This document shows, piece by piece, positions 1 to 9,446 of a stretch of 64,000 nucleotides of DNA. Within the stretch, counting starts at the first letter, position 1. Every line of letters starts with the position of its first letter. The stretch lies in the IMG/VR virus record IMGVR_UViG_3300042934_000547, positions 124,001-188,000 of that record; one strand, 5' to 3'. Under the pieces are notes generated by a model. It saw only the letters and a list, made by a program, of their open reading frames with translations. It made no database searches and was not told the origin of the DNA. A program made the position numbers and the translations under genes.

Positions 1-32
1 ATAATATATACTTGAAATGAGTAAGTTTTACA
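1..32 (-). promoter_or_regulatory. Bipartite early-type promoter TGTAAA-N18-TATATTAT(A), cut by the window edge
   Basis: + strand ATAATATA at 1-8 and TTTACA at 27-32; same 18-nt spacer as five other copies. Confidence 0.75.
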
Positions 33-51
33 CTTTTTAGAAAGAGAAAGG

Positions 52-73
52 GAGTACGATTTAGATCGTACTC
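52..73 (-). terminator. Intrinsic terminator hairpin
   Basis: GAGTACGAT-ttag-ATCGTACTC right after the stop of 74..1255, followed by T-rich sequence on the minus strand. Confidence 0.7.
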
Positions 74-1255
74 TTAATAAACATTCTTAGCATTATTCTG
101 TATAAATAAAGTAAAATACTTTAATGTAGCCTTTATATATTCATTTCTTGTACCTTCTCTACTGGTTTGCCTAAACTTAGCCGAGTTCGTTTCTATTAAA
201 GATATGAGTATCTCTTTAATTCTTATAACAGCATCGTTCTTTGTATTAGACTTAGTAGCTAAAGTATATGATAAGAAATTCAATGATGTACAATCCGGTG
301 TTTTACTATTAGCATAGTAATCCACTACTATGAGAGTCACAAGTTCCTTAATCAATCCATTATTGGATCTATTACTGATAATCCCACTCATTATATTTTT
401 AAATTCATTAGTCTTAATTTTTTCTCCAGAACAGGTCAATATCAAGTTGTAATCCATCCCTATTGAATTTAAACTATTGATTGTTTTTTCAATTAATCTT
501 CCGGCAGCTTTAGTATTACTATCAGATATGTGATAAGAATCAACTTCAAAACTATCACCATCATACGTCATATAAAGCTCATTATCATAAGCATCATAGA
601 ATAATTTAGCTATATTAACAACAAATCCTCCGATACGGGTACGCATCTGTTGTAGGATATATACAATATCATCATCTTGAAAATCCTTGAGCATCTTCTC
701 ATAGGTAGTAAAACACACTAATCCTCTAGATTTAAGTACACCTATAACCGTACCTTCAGTTTTTAAATCATATTTTTCAGTGAGCATTTTATTAACTACA
801 TAATCCATAACGTGTCTATTCTTATTAGGTTCGATTTTGAATGAATTGTAATGGATAGATGGATACATTCTACAAGCTAAGAATATGATGGATAACTCAT
901 AAAGTTTATCATCTTTCTTTTTAAATTTAAAGAATCTAATGATACACATCATTATTAATGACGTTGAATCTGTTATACTCGCTGTTTCCCAATCTTTGTT
1001 CGCATAATAGGTTTCTTTTATTAAACCTGCAATGAATTCATCAGTCAATTCAACTATTGACAATAATTCATCTATTTCTCTACGGGTAAATGGTATTCTA
1101 TCACACGGAGCACTGTCGTATAATGATTCCCTTCGTTCTTGAATATATCTCGATATAAGTTTCTTATATTTATCTATCGTTGAACTAGAAGAAAACTTTT
1201 TCTCTATTAATGGATATAATTTGGTTATAAATACTTTGGATGTATCAACACTCAT
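74..1255 (-). CDS. Hypothetical protein (393 aa, helical), late-type expression
   Basis: Long ORF, AAGGAGG RBS, GACA-N6-TA motif at 1284-1295. Confidence 0.6.
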   Translation of the reverse strand: MSVDTSKVFITKLYPLIEKKFSSSSTIDKYKKLISRYIQERRESLYDSAPCDRIPFTRREIDELLSIVELTDEFIAGLIKETYYANKDWETASITDSTSLIMMCIIRFFKFKKKDDKLYELSIIFLACRMYPSIHYNSFKIEPNKNRHVMDYVVNKMLTEKYDLKTEGTVIGVLKSRGLVCFTTYEKMLKDFQDDDIVYILQQMRTRIGGFVVNIAKLFYDAYDNELYMTYDGDSFEVDSYHISDSNTKAAGRLIEKTINSLNSIGMDYNLILTCSGEKIKTNEFKNIMSGIISNRSNNGLIKELVTLIVVDYYANSKTPDCTSLNFLSYTLATKSNTKNDAVIRIKEILISLIETNSAKFRQTSREGTRNEYIKATLKYFTLFIQNNAKNVY

Positions 1256-1299
1256 TTTATAAATATACCTCCTTCAGTGTAATTATAATTATGTCAAAG

Positions 1300-1383
1300 T
1301 TATTCATCATATTTAGACTGGATATAGTGAATCAGCACTCCAAAAACTGAATAAACGATAGTTATCAAAATCATGTCCATCAC
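1300..1383 (-). CDS. Small membrane peptide (about 27 aa; not in ORF track)
   Basis: GTG/ATG start, MDMILITIVYSVFGVLIHYIQSKYDE, AAGGA RBS, AACC-N6-TA at 1410-1421. Confidence 0.5.
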   Translation of the reverse strand: MMDMILITIVYSVFGVLIHYIQSKYDE

Positions 1384-1449
1384 ATTCAACACTTCCTTAT
1401 TTTGTTATTTATCCAATGGTTGTATAAATTAAGAAAAAATAAAATAGAG

Positions 1450-1650
1450 CTATACAGCTCTATTCATTTTCCTTTCTTTTTCCACTTCCTCTATGTATAT
1501 CAATTCTTCTTCTTGGTTCATTCTATCACGTTCTGTTTCTATTTCAACGAATTCTTTATATTCATCAATACCATCTCTAACTAATTCAATCATTCCTTTT
1601 ACAAAGAAATATGCTGCTATAATGATTGAAATAACAAAAAGTATTTTCAT
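1450..1650 (-). CDS. Small protein with N-terminal TM helix and acidic tail
   Basis: MKILFVISIIIAAYFFVKG; GAGGAGG RBS; abuts the upstream gene. Confidence 0.7.
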   Translation of the reverse strand: MKILFVISIIIAAYFFVKGMIELVRDGIDEYKEFVEIETERDRMNQEEELIYIEEVEKERKMNRAV

Positions 1651-1965
1651 TTATATTCCCTCCTCTTCACAATTAAAAACAAAGTTCACTGAATGAGATT
1701 TAATCAATCCACGGTGTTTACACACTAAATGCACTACGGGTGCATTTATATCTTCTGATGTAATCTCTATCTCATAAAACACCATTGCATATAATCTAAA
1801 CATTGCATCCCCATTTGAACGTTCATGGTCTACAACTAACTTAAGTGCTTCATACAATTCATCGTGTTCATTTTTCATAGCTTTTGTTTGTCTGTACCTT
1901 GAATGAACTCTTAAAAACTTATCCATCTTTTTGCATATTTTGTCTTTTTCTGTAAATATTGTCAT
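1651..1965 (-). CDS. Hypothetical early protein
   Basis: GGAGG RBS; first gene behind the bipartite promoter and pseudoknot leader. Confidence 0.7.
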   Translation of the reverse strand: MTIFTEKDKICKKMDKFLRVHSRYRQTKAMKNEHDELYEALKLVVDHERSNGDAMFRLYAMVFYEIEITSEDINAPVVHLVCKHRGLIKSHSVNFVFNCEEEGI

Positions 1966-1980
1966 TTGTAAATCCTCCGT

Positions 1981-2036
1981 GCCATCTAATGAATGAGATT
2001 GTGATGGACTTTAGATTATTTTATTTTCTCATTCAT
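1981..2036 (-). promoter_or_regulatory. Predicted 5'-leader pseudoknot, copy A
   Basis: Sense strand: S1 ATGAATGAGA/TCTCATTCAT, S2 CCATC/GATGG, AAATAA after the S1 5' strand, GGAGG 3 nt after S2. Confidence 0.7.
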
Positions 2037-2039
2037 ATC

Positions 2040-2072
2040 TATAATATACATTTGAAAATCTTAACTTTTACA
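2040..2072 (-). promoter_or_regulatory. Bipartite early-type promoter TGTAAA-N18-TATATTATA
   Basis: + TATAATATA 2040-2048, TTTACA 2067-2072. Confidence 0.8.
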
Positions 2073-2111
2073 GTAAAAAATAATGAGTGAATTTTTCACT
2101 CATTATTACCT

Positions 2112-2723
2112 TCATTTTGAATTCATTGCCACCCTACTTTTAGCATCAGAGATCATTTCTTTATCAATTGGTATGTATTCGATTTGCTTAATATTCTTAT
2201 TTCTTTCAAAAATAATAATTGGTTGTTCTACCCAATCGGCATCATTGTCATCGATAGTCCCATCATAACCACGTTCTTTAAGTTCTGTAAAATATATACT
2301 TCTATTATAATCAGATGTAACTAAAGATGATATAAAAGATATATATGACTCATTACTTATCTTTTTAGTAGACCTATTCTCCCATTCTCTAAGAAATTTA
2401 TCTGAATCATTTCTATACTTTAATACCGAAATATCTTTAGCTACTTTATTAACATCTGCTTTTTCAACAGAACTGATAAATGCTTCGACACGCTCTTTAT
2501 GATTTGGTATTTTTATATCGTGTATAACCTTCAGTATAACTTTATATCCTCTGTTACCCCATTCGATTAAATATTTATCATTATCTAATGCAAGTTGTGA
2601 AACATACACGTGACGTTCGTTATTTACTTCGTTCTTATTTAAAGTAAGGCGTTGTAACAATGTTCCCTTTTTTAGTATTAGTGAATCGTTATTGAATTTA
2701 ATATTGTAGATCATATTCATCAC
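2112..2723 (-). CDS. Hypothetical protein, possible ADP-ribosyltransferase-like fold
   Basis: Pattern LQR...YVS...GYDG...EQPIIIF; fold guess is weak. Confidence 0.45.
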   Translation of the reverse strand: MMNMIYNIKFNNDSLILKKGTLLQRLTLNKNEVNNERHVYVSQLALDNDKYLIEWGNRGYKVILKVIHDIKIPNHKERVEAFISSVEKADVNKVAKDISVLKYRNDSDKFLREWENRSTKKISNESYISFISSLVTSDYNRSIYFTELKERGYDGTIDDNDADWVEQPIIIFERNKNIKQIEYIPIDKEMISDAKSRVAMNSK

Positions 2724-2777
2724 CTCATTTTTATATTAAACTACAGTTGAAAAAAATAAAGAGAGAATATTCTCTCT

Positions 2778-3176
2778 TTACCATGATGGGCATATACCTT
2801 TACATCCAATGGTTGTATTACCATCATATGTATATACTGCATCAGCTACACAGTACAATTTATCTGAATAACCAAATAAATGTGCATAAGCTTTAGCATA
2901 CATTGCTGATACAATATAGATATCGTATCCTTCAGGAAGTGGATCACAATTTACCACTTCTTTATCGAATACTGGGATACCACCTTGTTCAGTAACTCCA
3001 TTAAAAGTAGTGTTAATGGTAGCATTTAATTTTCCATCAGATGGTAGGCAGGCTACTACTTTGGGCTTTAAATCACGTACAATCATTTTCCTTCTAACGC
3101 CATCATATACTGCATTTTCTATAACAACTACTTTATGTGGCACTCCCACATAAATTTTACCTGTTATTTTGTTCAT
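2778..3176 (-). CDS. Hypothetical early protein
   Basis: GAGGTG RBS; own promoter and terminator (2758-2780). Confidence 0.7.
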   Translation of the reverse strand: MNKITGKIYVGVPHKVVVIENAVYDGVRRKMIVRDLKPKVVACLPSDGKLNATINTTFNGVTEQGGIPVFDKEVVNCDPLPEGYDIYIVSAMYAKAYAHLFGYSDKLYCVADAVYTYDGNTTIGCKGICPSW

Positions 3177-3190
3177 ATATAATCACCTCA

Positions 3191-3248
3191 CCTATTTGTA
3201 TTCTATACAAACGGATTTTAAATAGGATTTCGAATTATTTATCCGTTC
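3191..3248 (-). promoter_or_regulatory. Predicted 5'-leader pseudoknot, copy B
   Basis: S1 AACGGAT/ATCCGTT, S2 CCTAT(TT)/(AA)ATAGG, AAATAA loop, inserted hairpin TTGTA-tagaa-TACAA. Confidence 0.7.
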
Positions 3249-3253
3249 ATAGT

Positions 3254-3286
3254 TATAATATATATTTATAATTCCTAATTTTTACA
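3254..3286 (-). promoter_or_regulatory. Bipartite early-type promoter TGTAAA-N18-TATATTATA
   Basis: + TATAATATA 3254-3262, TTTACA 3281-3286. Confidence 0.8.
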
Positions 3287-3296
3287 AAGAAAAACT

Positions 3297-3318
3297 GGGT
3301 TAGGAATTAACCTAACCC
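3297..3318 (-). terminator. Intrinsic terminator after gyrA
   Basis: GGGTTAGG-aattaa-CCTAACCC followed by a T-run on the minus strand. Confidence 0.8.
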
Positions 3319-5672
3319 ATTATTGTGCAATCAAGTAATATAACACCCTTAGATGGAATCAATTTTGTTCCTTTAGAAATACTACTACCAATTTTTATAG
3401 TATCTATAGGTACGCCAATCTCACACTCAGTCGTTTTATAACCAAATGTCTGACACGGATTTTTATAGGCTAATACTTTGAATATTTCATCACCATCGCC
3501 TAACTTAATAAAATTAGCACCAACATTCGCTCTCTTACCATGTTTGATTGATTCAATGTCCAGTCTATTAACGTAACCTTTTCTAGTCACAATCAATACA
3601 CCTTGAGTATCTGCATCCTTAGATATACTTACTCCTTGCATACCAGTACTATTACCCATAGAACGAACACCTTTTGAATGACGTCTTTGTAATGGTATTT
3701 CAGTAGCATTCATAGCCAATCCTTTTTCCCTATCATATATAAATATGATGTCAGAATCTTTAATGAAATCTACATCAACCAGATAGTCATCATTCTCTAG
3801 ATTAATGGCATACATTCCAGCCTTGGAAACATTCATGAAGTCTTTTACATTAACCTTCTTAATATTACCATTATAGGTAAGAAGTAATATATAATTCTTA
3901 CGAACTTTCTTAGCCAGCTCATTTATTACTGAGTCTGTTGTAACATACATAACTTCCGATGTTAAATTCTTAGATATAAATCTTAAATCAACGCCAGTAG
4001 TATTTGGGTCCATCATAGGCATTGTACTAAGTGGAATACTGAATATACTTCCATTCTTACAGAATAATATAATACTATCTCTATTATCTATAAGGGTGGT
4101 GAACTTCGGTGCATCGTTATTAGCAAATGCTCCTAATCCTAGATTTTGATCTATTTTCTTTATAAAGTTATTTTTGGTAATAACCATTTGCATCATACCA
4201 CCACTAACTGCTACAGTTGCTGGATCAGGTATTACTTTACTTCTTCTAGGTCTACCATATTTAACTTTGAATCCATTGAGTTCATTTTTGATCTCGTCAA
4301 ACAGTAGTTTCTCATTATCTAACTTCATCTTTATATTTTCAATTTGAGATGATAGTTCGATTTGATCCACCTTATACCTATCTAATCTGGTCGGAGATAG
4401 ATATTTGAGAGGTGCATTAATTATAAATAATGCCTGATGTTCAGTTATCTTAATCTCTTTAATCAAGAACTCAACTAATTCTAAATCATCCTGCTTTGTT
4501 CCTTTACGAATCTTTTGGATTATATAATCAATATAACCAGATTCCATTACAGTAATAAACCCAGCTTTCTCATGTCGATTTGTTGATAACATTTGAAGTT
4601 TATTGGTATATAATCTATGCTTAGTCATTAATCTAAAGTCAATCCATTTCAATAAATATCCTTTATAAGAGTATCTATCTAATTTCAATCCATCAAGTAA
4701 CTGCATATTAACTGTGTATGTCATCTGTAAATCCGTATGTTTATATAGGATTTCTCTATTGTATTCTGGGTCAGCACCTTTTTTAAGTTCTAACCATAGA
4801 TCTACGTCACGCTCCCCAGATTGATCCTTATAATCTACAACTTGTAGCTTTTTAGCATCTATGAGACCAACAATTCTTTCTAAGATATTATTTAACGTTC
4901 TCATATCTGGAGTTGATTTAATGACCAAAAACGTTTTTTCTTTCTTGGTATCTCTCACAATTTCAATTTTTCCTCGAACACGAAAACTTCCGTGACCAGT
5001 ATTTGATATTGATTTGAAATTTGATTCTATTATATCAGAACCTAATAATTGGTCTGGAGTCAACACTATTGGTGCTGATGGATCATCTATTAATTTAAGT
5101 GTAGCATTTATAACCTCATTTAGATTATGGGCTGGTATATATACTTGTAATCCATATCCTATACCAAAGTGCCCATTAATCAATAATACCGGAGCTGCTG
5201 ACGCAAATGCTTCCGGTTCTTGATAATCCCTATTATACGTTTCAATATAATCTAAAACATTTTTATTGACATCGACATCTCGTACAAACATGTCGATAGC
5301 AAATTCAGATAACCGCATCTCTGTATATCTTGGAGCGGCTTCTTCATCTCCCTGTGAATTACCCCAGTTACCTTGACCAGTAAATAGTGGATAATTTATA
5401 TTGAAATCAGTCATGGAGTTAACTACCGCACTTTGTAATCCTTGATCACCATGTGGGTGGGATATCTCCATCGTTTTACCTATTACTGATTGAGTCTTAA
5501 TAAACTTCTCTCGTTTCATATGATAAATTAAACTACCAAGTAATCGTCGTACAGATACTTTTAATCCGTCTCTATAGTCTGGAGTAATCCTGTCAAAGTT
5601 AACAGATGTTGTATATATCTCTGCATCACGTTCATATGAATTTAAAAGATTTTGTTCAATTATTTTGTCCAT
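3312..5672 (-). CDS. gyrA: DNA gyrase / type IIA topoisomerase subunit A
   Basis: RDGLK, HPHGD, catalytic AAPRYTE, C-terminal pinwheel-type repeats (QRRHSKG). Confidence 0.95.
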   Translation of the reverse strand: MDKIIEQNLLNSYERDAEIYTTSVNFDRITPDYRDGLKVSVRRLLGSLIYHMKREKFIKTQSVIGKTMEISHPHGDQGLQSAVVNSMTDFNINYPLFTGQGNWGNSQGDEEAAPRYTEMRLSEFAIDMFVRDVDVNKNVLDYIETYNRDYQEPEAFASAAPVLLINGHFGIGYGLQVYIPAHNLNEVINATLKLIDDPSAPIVLTPDQLLGSDIIESNFKSISNTGHGSFRVRGKIEIVRDTKKEKTFLVIKSTPDMRTLNNILERIVGLIDAKKLQVVDYKDQSGERDVDLWLELKKGADPEYNREILYKHTDLQMTYTVNMQLLDGLKLDRYSYKGYLLKWIDFRLMTKHRLYTNKLQMLSTNRHEKAGFITVMESGYIDYIIQKIRKGTKQDDLELVEFLIKEIKITEHQALFIINAPLKYLSPTRLDRYKVDQIELSSQIENIKMKLDNEKLLFDEIKNELNGFKVKYGRPRRSKVIPDPATVAVSGGMMQMVITKNNFIKKIDQNLGLGAFANNDAPKFTTLIDNRDSIILFCKNGSIFSIPLSTMPMMDPNTTGVDLRFISKNLTSEVMYVTTDSVINELAKKVRKNYILLLTYNGNIKKVNVKDFMNVSKAGMYAINLENDDYLVDVDFIKDSDIIFIYDREKGLAMNATEIPLQRRHSKGVRSMGNSTGMQGVSISKDADTQGVLIVTRKGYVNRLDIESIKHGKRANVGANFIKLGDGDEIFKVLAYKNPCQTFGYKTTECEIGVPIDTIKIGSSISKGTKLIPSKGVILLDCTIMG

Positions 5673-5684
5673 TTGTTGTTCCTC

Positions 5685-8030
5685 CTATAAATCAAATCGG
5701 CTAACTGAAACAATTCTTTTAGCTAATATAGATTTCTCACTATTCAGTTTATGAATACCATCAATATCCCTCTTAAAGTCATCTGATGTGTATTTAATGA
5801 TAGTTCTAGTATTGATATCAACAGCTGATTCAAATAATCTCTGACCATCCATCTCACCTAAGCCTTTATAACGCTGAAGTGCTGGTATGGATTTATCAAA
5901 GATTGTCATCAATTTAAATAATGTAACTGGTTGATCATTAATGATATAATTGATTTGTTTATCATTAACTTCGTTGATTAAATGGTCCATGTTTTCACAG
6001 AACTTTAAGAATCTTTCATTCATTACTATGAATTGCTGGGTTAAATCAACTTCACCTGTGATCATCACATTACCTGAATCAAGTTTTGAAACTGTGATGA
6101 ATCTATATTCATTTTCTATAGCCTTTTTAAATTTATTGTATGGAAATTTGTAATTTAATATTATACTTTCTAATAATCGTGGATTAACTGCGAAATTCTT
6201 ATTCATCTTAGTCACTTCTGAGACGTAATCTATATTACGTGATAATAAGTCGAGTAATCCAGCATTAGAAAGCTTTTTACCATGAATATCAGTAACAACA
6301 TTCTTCTTTATAAAAGAGTTGTTTACAAAATCCTGATATTCTGTTTTGTTGATAAAATATTCATATTTTCCTTTTTTCTGTTCTATTCCATATAATGGTG
6401 GCATACCAATATATATAAGTCCTGCTTCTAATAGTGGTCTCAAATATACTGCTATAAACATGATGATCAATGTTCGTATATGTGCACCATCACTATCAGC
6501 ATCGGTCATAATTATGATCTTCTTAAACCTACATTTTGCTGGATTACAATCTTTGAGAACTGTATTAGGATTATATCCAAACAATCTAATCATTCCAGAT
6601 ATTTCTGCATTGTCTAAGAATTTATGTTTTGGGGTACTTAGAGCATTAGGTATTTTACCCCTAAGTGGGAATACACCTTGATGAACTTTATCTCTAAAGC
6701 TTTTGATACCACCTTTAGCTGAATTTCCTTCAACTATAAATAACTCTAAGTCCTTATTACCAGTTGGTCTAACATACTTAGATGGTAATCCTCCAGATAA
6801 ACTATTTGTTTCATATTTATCTGCAATCCTCAATGTTTCTGTAGCTAATTTAGCTCTCATATCAGATATATCTTTTAAATATCTACAAATTTTGTTTATT
6901 TCTTTTGGATTTTTTGTTACCCATTCTCCAAAACTACTTTGTACTAAATCAGAAACAAATTTCTTCATGTCAGAGTTAGATAATTCATCTTTTGCCTGAC
7001 CAACAAAGTTTGGTTCTAAGTGAGCTACAGATACAACAGCCCTCAATGTATATAATATATCTTCTCTCTCTATCTTACGTTTAGCGTTAGCTGGTAAGAA
7101 TACTGTATTCATATATTTTTTCAGAAACTTCACTATACCATCTTTAAATCCTTCTATATGCGTACCCTTTGATGTAGGTGTCATATTACTATATGACCGT
7201 TCAATAAAATCTGGAGTTCCTCCAGCATCATAACTAAATACAACGTAAGCTTGCATGAATCCTGTATCAGCAAAGAATTCTATTGGTACAGTAAGTGAAT
7301 TAGCTGTTATTTCTTCAAATTTAGCAGCAACACCTTTCCTATTATCATACACTTCTGATGTCGTACTACCATCTTTGTTATAACAAGTTATATATATCTT
7401 ATTTACATCACTCCTTGGAGTAAGTATAAATAAACTTCCTGTAAGATATCTAATATCCTGACTAGTCAATGTTAGTTGTCCAAGTATTGAGAGTAATGGT
7501 TTAAATTTAACAATTGAACCTTGCATCTTTTGAGGATTCTTGATATCTTCAATTTTTTGAAGTCTTCCATCGATTAATGTCATCCTCTTTGCTTCACCGA
7601 GTCTATAAGATTCAACTATAAAATATTCTGATAAGGCATTAACTACTTTTGCTCCTACTCCATTTAATCCAGATGAATATTCAAATGGTTTCTTTTCATA
7701 GTTTGAGCCTGTATGTTGTGCAGTAAGCATTGACTCCATTTTATCGAATGGAAATCCTCTTCCGTTATCCTCTATAATAACCTCAAATGTTGCTTCATTA
7801 TAGATAACCCTTATTGTATCACACGGTGATGCTTGTTTAACCATTTCGTCTATGGCGTTTTGAAGTATCTCCCTGAACATCTGAAGCATACCTCTATCTT
7901 CTAATGGTCCTAAATACATGCCCGGACGTTTTCTAACCGCTTCAACAAAGTCCTTTAAAGTCTTAATTTCATTACTATAATTCTTAATGTTTTCTATCAT
8001 CTCTTTCGAGAGTTGATGCTTTTCTGCCAT
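5685..8030 (-). CDS. gyrB: DNA gyrase / type IIA topoisomerase subunit B
   Basis: VRKRPGMY, GHKL motifs (NAIDE, DNGRG, GLNGVG), EGNSA, PLRGK, DADSDG, RYKGLGEM; start moved to the ATG after AAGGAG. Confidence 0.95.
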   Translation of the reverse strand: MAEKHQLSKEMIENIKNYSNEIKTLKDFVEAVRKRPGMYLGPLEDRGMLQMFREILQNAIDEMVKQASPCDTIRVIYNEATFEVIIEDNGRGFPFDKMESMLTAQHTGSNYEKKPFEYSSGLNGVGAKVVNALSEYFIVESYRLGEAKRMTLIDGRLQKIEDIKNPQKMQGSIVKFKPLLSILGQLTLTSQDIRYLTGSLFILTPRSDVNKIYITCYNKDGSTTSEVYDNRKGVAAKFEEITANSLTVPIEFFADTGFMQAYVVFSYDAGGTPDFIERSYSNMTPTSKGTHIEGFKDGIVKFLKKYMNTVFLPANAKRKIEREDILYTLRAVVSVAHLEPNFVGQAKDELSNSDMKKFVSDLVQSSFGEWVTKNPKEINKICRYLKDISDMRAKLATETLRIADKYETNSLSGGLPSKYVRPTGNKDLELFIVEGNSAKGGIKSFRDKVHQGVFPLRGKIPNALSTPKHKFLDNAEISGMIRLFGYNPNTVLKDCNPAKCRFKKIIIMTDADSDGAHIRTLIIMFIAVYLRPLLEAGLIYIGMPPLYGIEQKKGKYEYFINKTEYQDFVNNSFIKKNVVTDIHGKKLSNAGLLDLLSRNIDYVSEVTKMNKNFAVNPRLLESIILNYKFPYNKFKKAIENEYRFITVSKLDSGNVMITGEVDLTQQFIVMNERFLKFCENMDHLINEVNDKQINYIINDQPVTLFKLMTIFDKSIPALQRYKGLGEMDGQRLFESAVDINTRTIIKYTSDDFKRDIDGIHKLNSEKSILAKRIVSVSRFDL

Positions 8031-8056
8031 TTGTGATGCTCCTTCCAATAAAAAAT

Positions 8057-8068
8057 CAATTAAGTGTT
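8057..8068 (-). promoter_or_regulatory. Late-type promoter AACA-N6-TG upstream of gyrBA
   Basis: Sense AACACTTAATTG. Confidence 0.55.
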
Positions 8069-8120
8069 CACAATAAAAACTAGATGTAAGTCGTTAAACT
8101 TACACCCAGTTTAATTTGTA

Positions 8121-8990
8121 TTAGTCTTCAAATGCTTTTTTATTTGCTGCAACGCCATTATTAGCAGGTGCTGCCTGTTGGTTTCTCATATTGAATCCGT
8201 TATTCGCTGTTTGAAAATTGTTTTGCATTGGATCAGCAGCGAATGGTGTATCATAACCGCCCATACCCATATTCATCATATTTGGATTTTGGTTAGCTCC
8301 GAATTGAACTCCACCTTGTGGCATTCCTTGTGGCATTCCGAATTGAACTCCACCTTGTGGCATTCCCCAATTCTGGTTCATAGCTGGGTTTTGATTAGCA
8401 CCGTAATTCATATTCATTGCCGGATTAGCTCCCATGCCGAAATTGTAGTTTCCGCCTAGTATGCCCTGTAACATAGCAAAGTTGTTGTTATTTGAATGTA
8501 TATTTGTATTCATTGAACTAAATTTACTGAAGCTGTTTATTGCAACTTCATATACTTTAGGTAACTTCTTGATGTATGGTATCATCTGAGCATACACACT
8601 CAAGAAGTCTCCTGCTAAATCAACTCCGAAGAATTTGATATTTTGAAGCAGGAACACAGCTTTATTCACGATATTTTGTACATCTTCTAAGCTGAGATTT
8701 TCCCAAATTGGAAACTGTTCTTTACACCAATTACAGAAGTAAACTGGGAATCCATTCTCATCTACTTTGCCTGTAGCTTCAACAATAAAATTTTGTGCAT
8801 TTTTGTGTGTACATAAAGCAGCAGCCGCTTCCACGTCAGTTACTTCGAATACACCTCTTGATGTTCCTTTTAATAATTCTGCATTCTTTCCTTCCATGGC
8901 AGGATTTTCCATAGTTGGTTTTTGAAACACTGGTGGTGTTGTAACTCCACTATTAAACATAAATCCTGCATTATTGCCAAAATAACTCAT
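8121..8990 (-). CDS. Early protein with Cys/His Zn-binding motif and N/Q/G/M-rich low-complexity tail
   Basis: CTH...CNWC; GMPQGGVQFG repeats; strong RBS; TATATTATA promoter. Confidence 0.75.
   Translation of the reverse strand: MSYFGNNAGFMFNSGVTTPPVFQKPTMENPAMEGKNAELLKGTSRGVFEVTDVEAAAALCTHKNAQNFIVEATGKVDENGFPVYFCNWCKEQFPIWENLSLEDVQNIVNKAVFLLQNIKFFGVDLAGDFLSVYAQMIPYIKKLPKVYEVAINSFSKFSSMNTNIHSNNNNFAMLQGILGGNYNFGMGANPAMNMNYGANQNPAMNQNWGMPQGGVQFGMPQGMPQGGVQFGANQNPNMMNMGMGGYDTPFAADPMQNNFQTANNGFNMRNQQAAPANNGVAANKKAFED
8298..8366. repeat. 30-bp intragenic direct repeat x2 (period 39)
   Basis: TCCGAATTGAACTCCACCTTGTGGCATTCC at 8298-8327 and 8337-8366. Confidence 0.9.
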
Positions 8991-9035
8991 TTTGTTATTT
9001 CCTCCTAAAATTTTATTTGGTTTTTATTTCACATT

Positions 9036-9044
9036 TATAATATA
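9036..9044 (-). promoter_or_regulatory. Early-type promoter TATATTATA
   Basis: Motif about 45 nt upstream of start 8990. Confidence 0.7.
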
Positions 9045-9059
9045 TATTTATAAAGTGTT

Positions 9060-9392
9060 TTAATACAATGCCAATATAGCTGTTTTATCATCTTGTTCGT
9101 TCACTGGTATTTTATTAATAAAGCTATTCAAATGGTCTTTATTAGAAAAATACTTTTGAACGTATTGAACCACTTCGAAATGAAAAATTTCACATACGAC
9201 TGGAAATATCGTTATATCTGAGCCTTTATTACTCAATTTATAATGATATATCAATTCATTAGTCCAATCAATGATTAGCTTTGAACCTTCAAAGTTACCA
9301 TATGCAACTCTTTCGTTATCCATATATAGTGCAAATGGGGCTGTTTCTCCCTCAATCTGAGTGTATATATTCTGGAATGTAACTTTATCCAT
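9060..9392 (-). CDS. Hypothetical protein
   Basis: ORF with GGAGG RBS. Confidence 0.65.
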   Translation of the reverse strand: MDKVTFQNIYTQIEGETAPFALYMDNERVAYGNFEGSKLIIDWTNELIYHYKLSNKGSDITIFPVVCEIFHFEVVQYVQKYFSNKDHLNSFINKIPVNEQDDKTAILALY

Positions 9393-9446
9393 TAAACAAG
9401 TCCTCCTAATTCGAATTAAATTATTTAATGGTTACATAATATATAA

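Noticed and set aside
2040-2072. Reading TATAAT and TTTACA as a host sigmaA promoter
   Set aside because: The elements are in the wrong order and on the strand opposite the downstream gene; orientation always fits TATATTATA on the sense strand.
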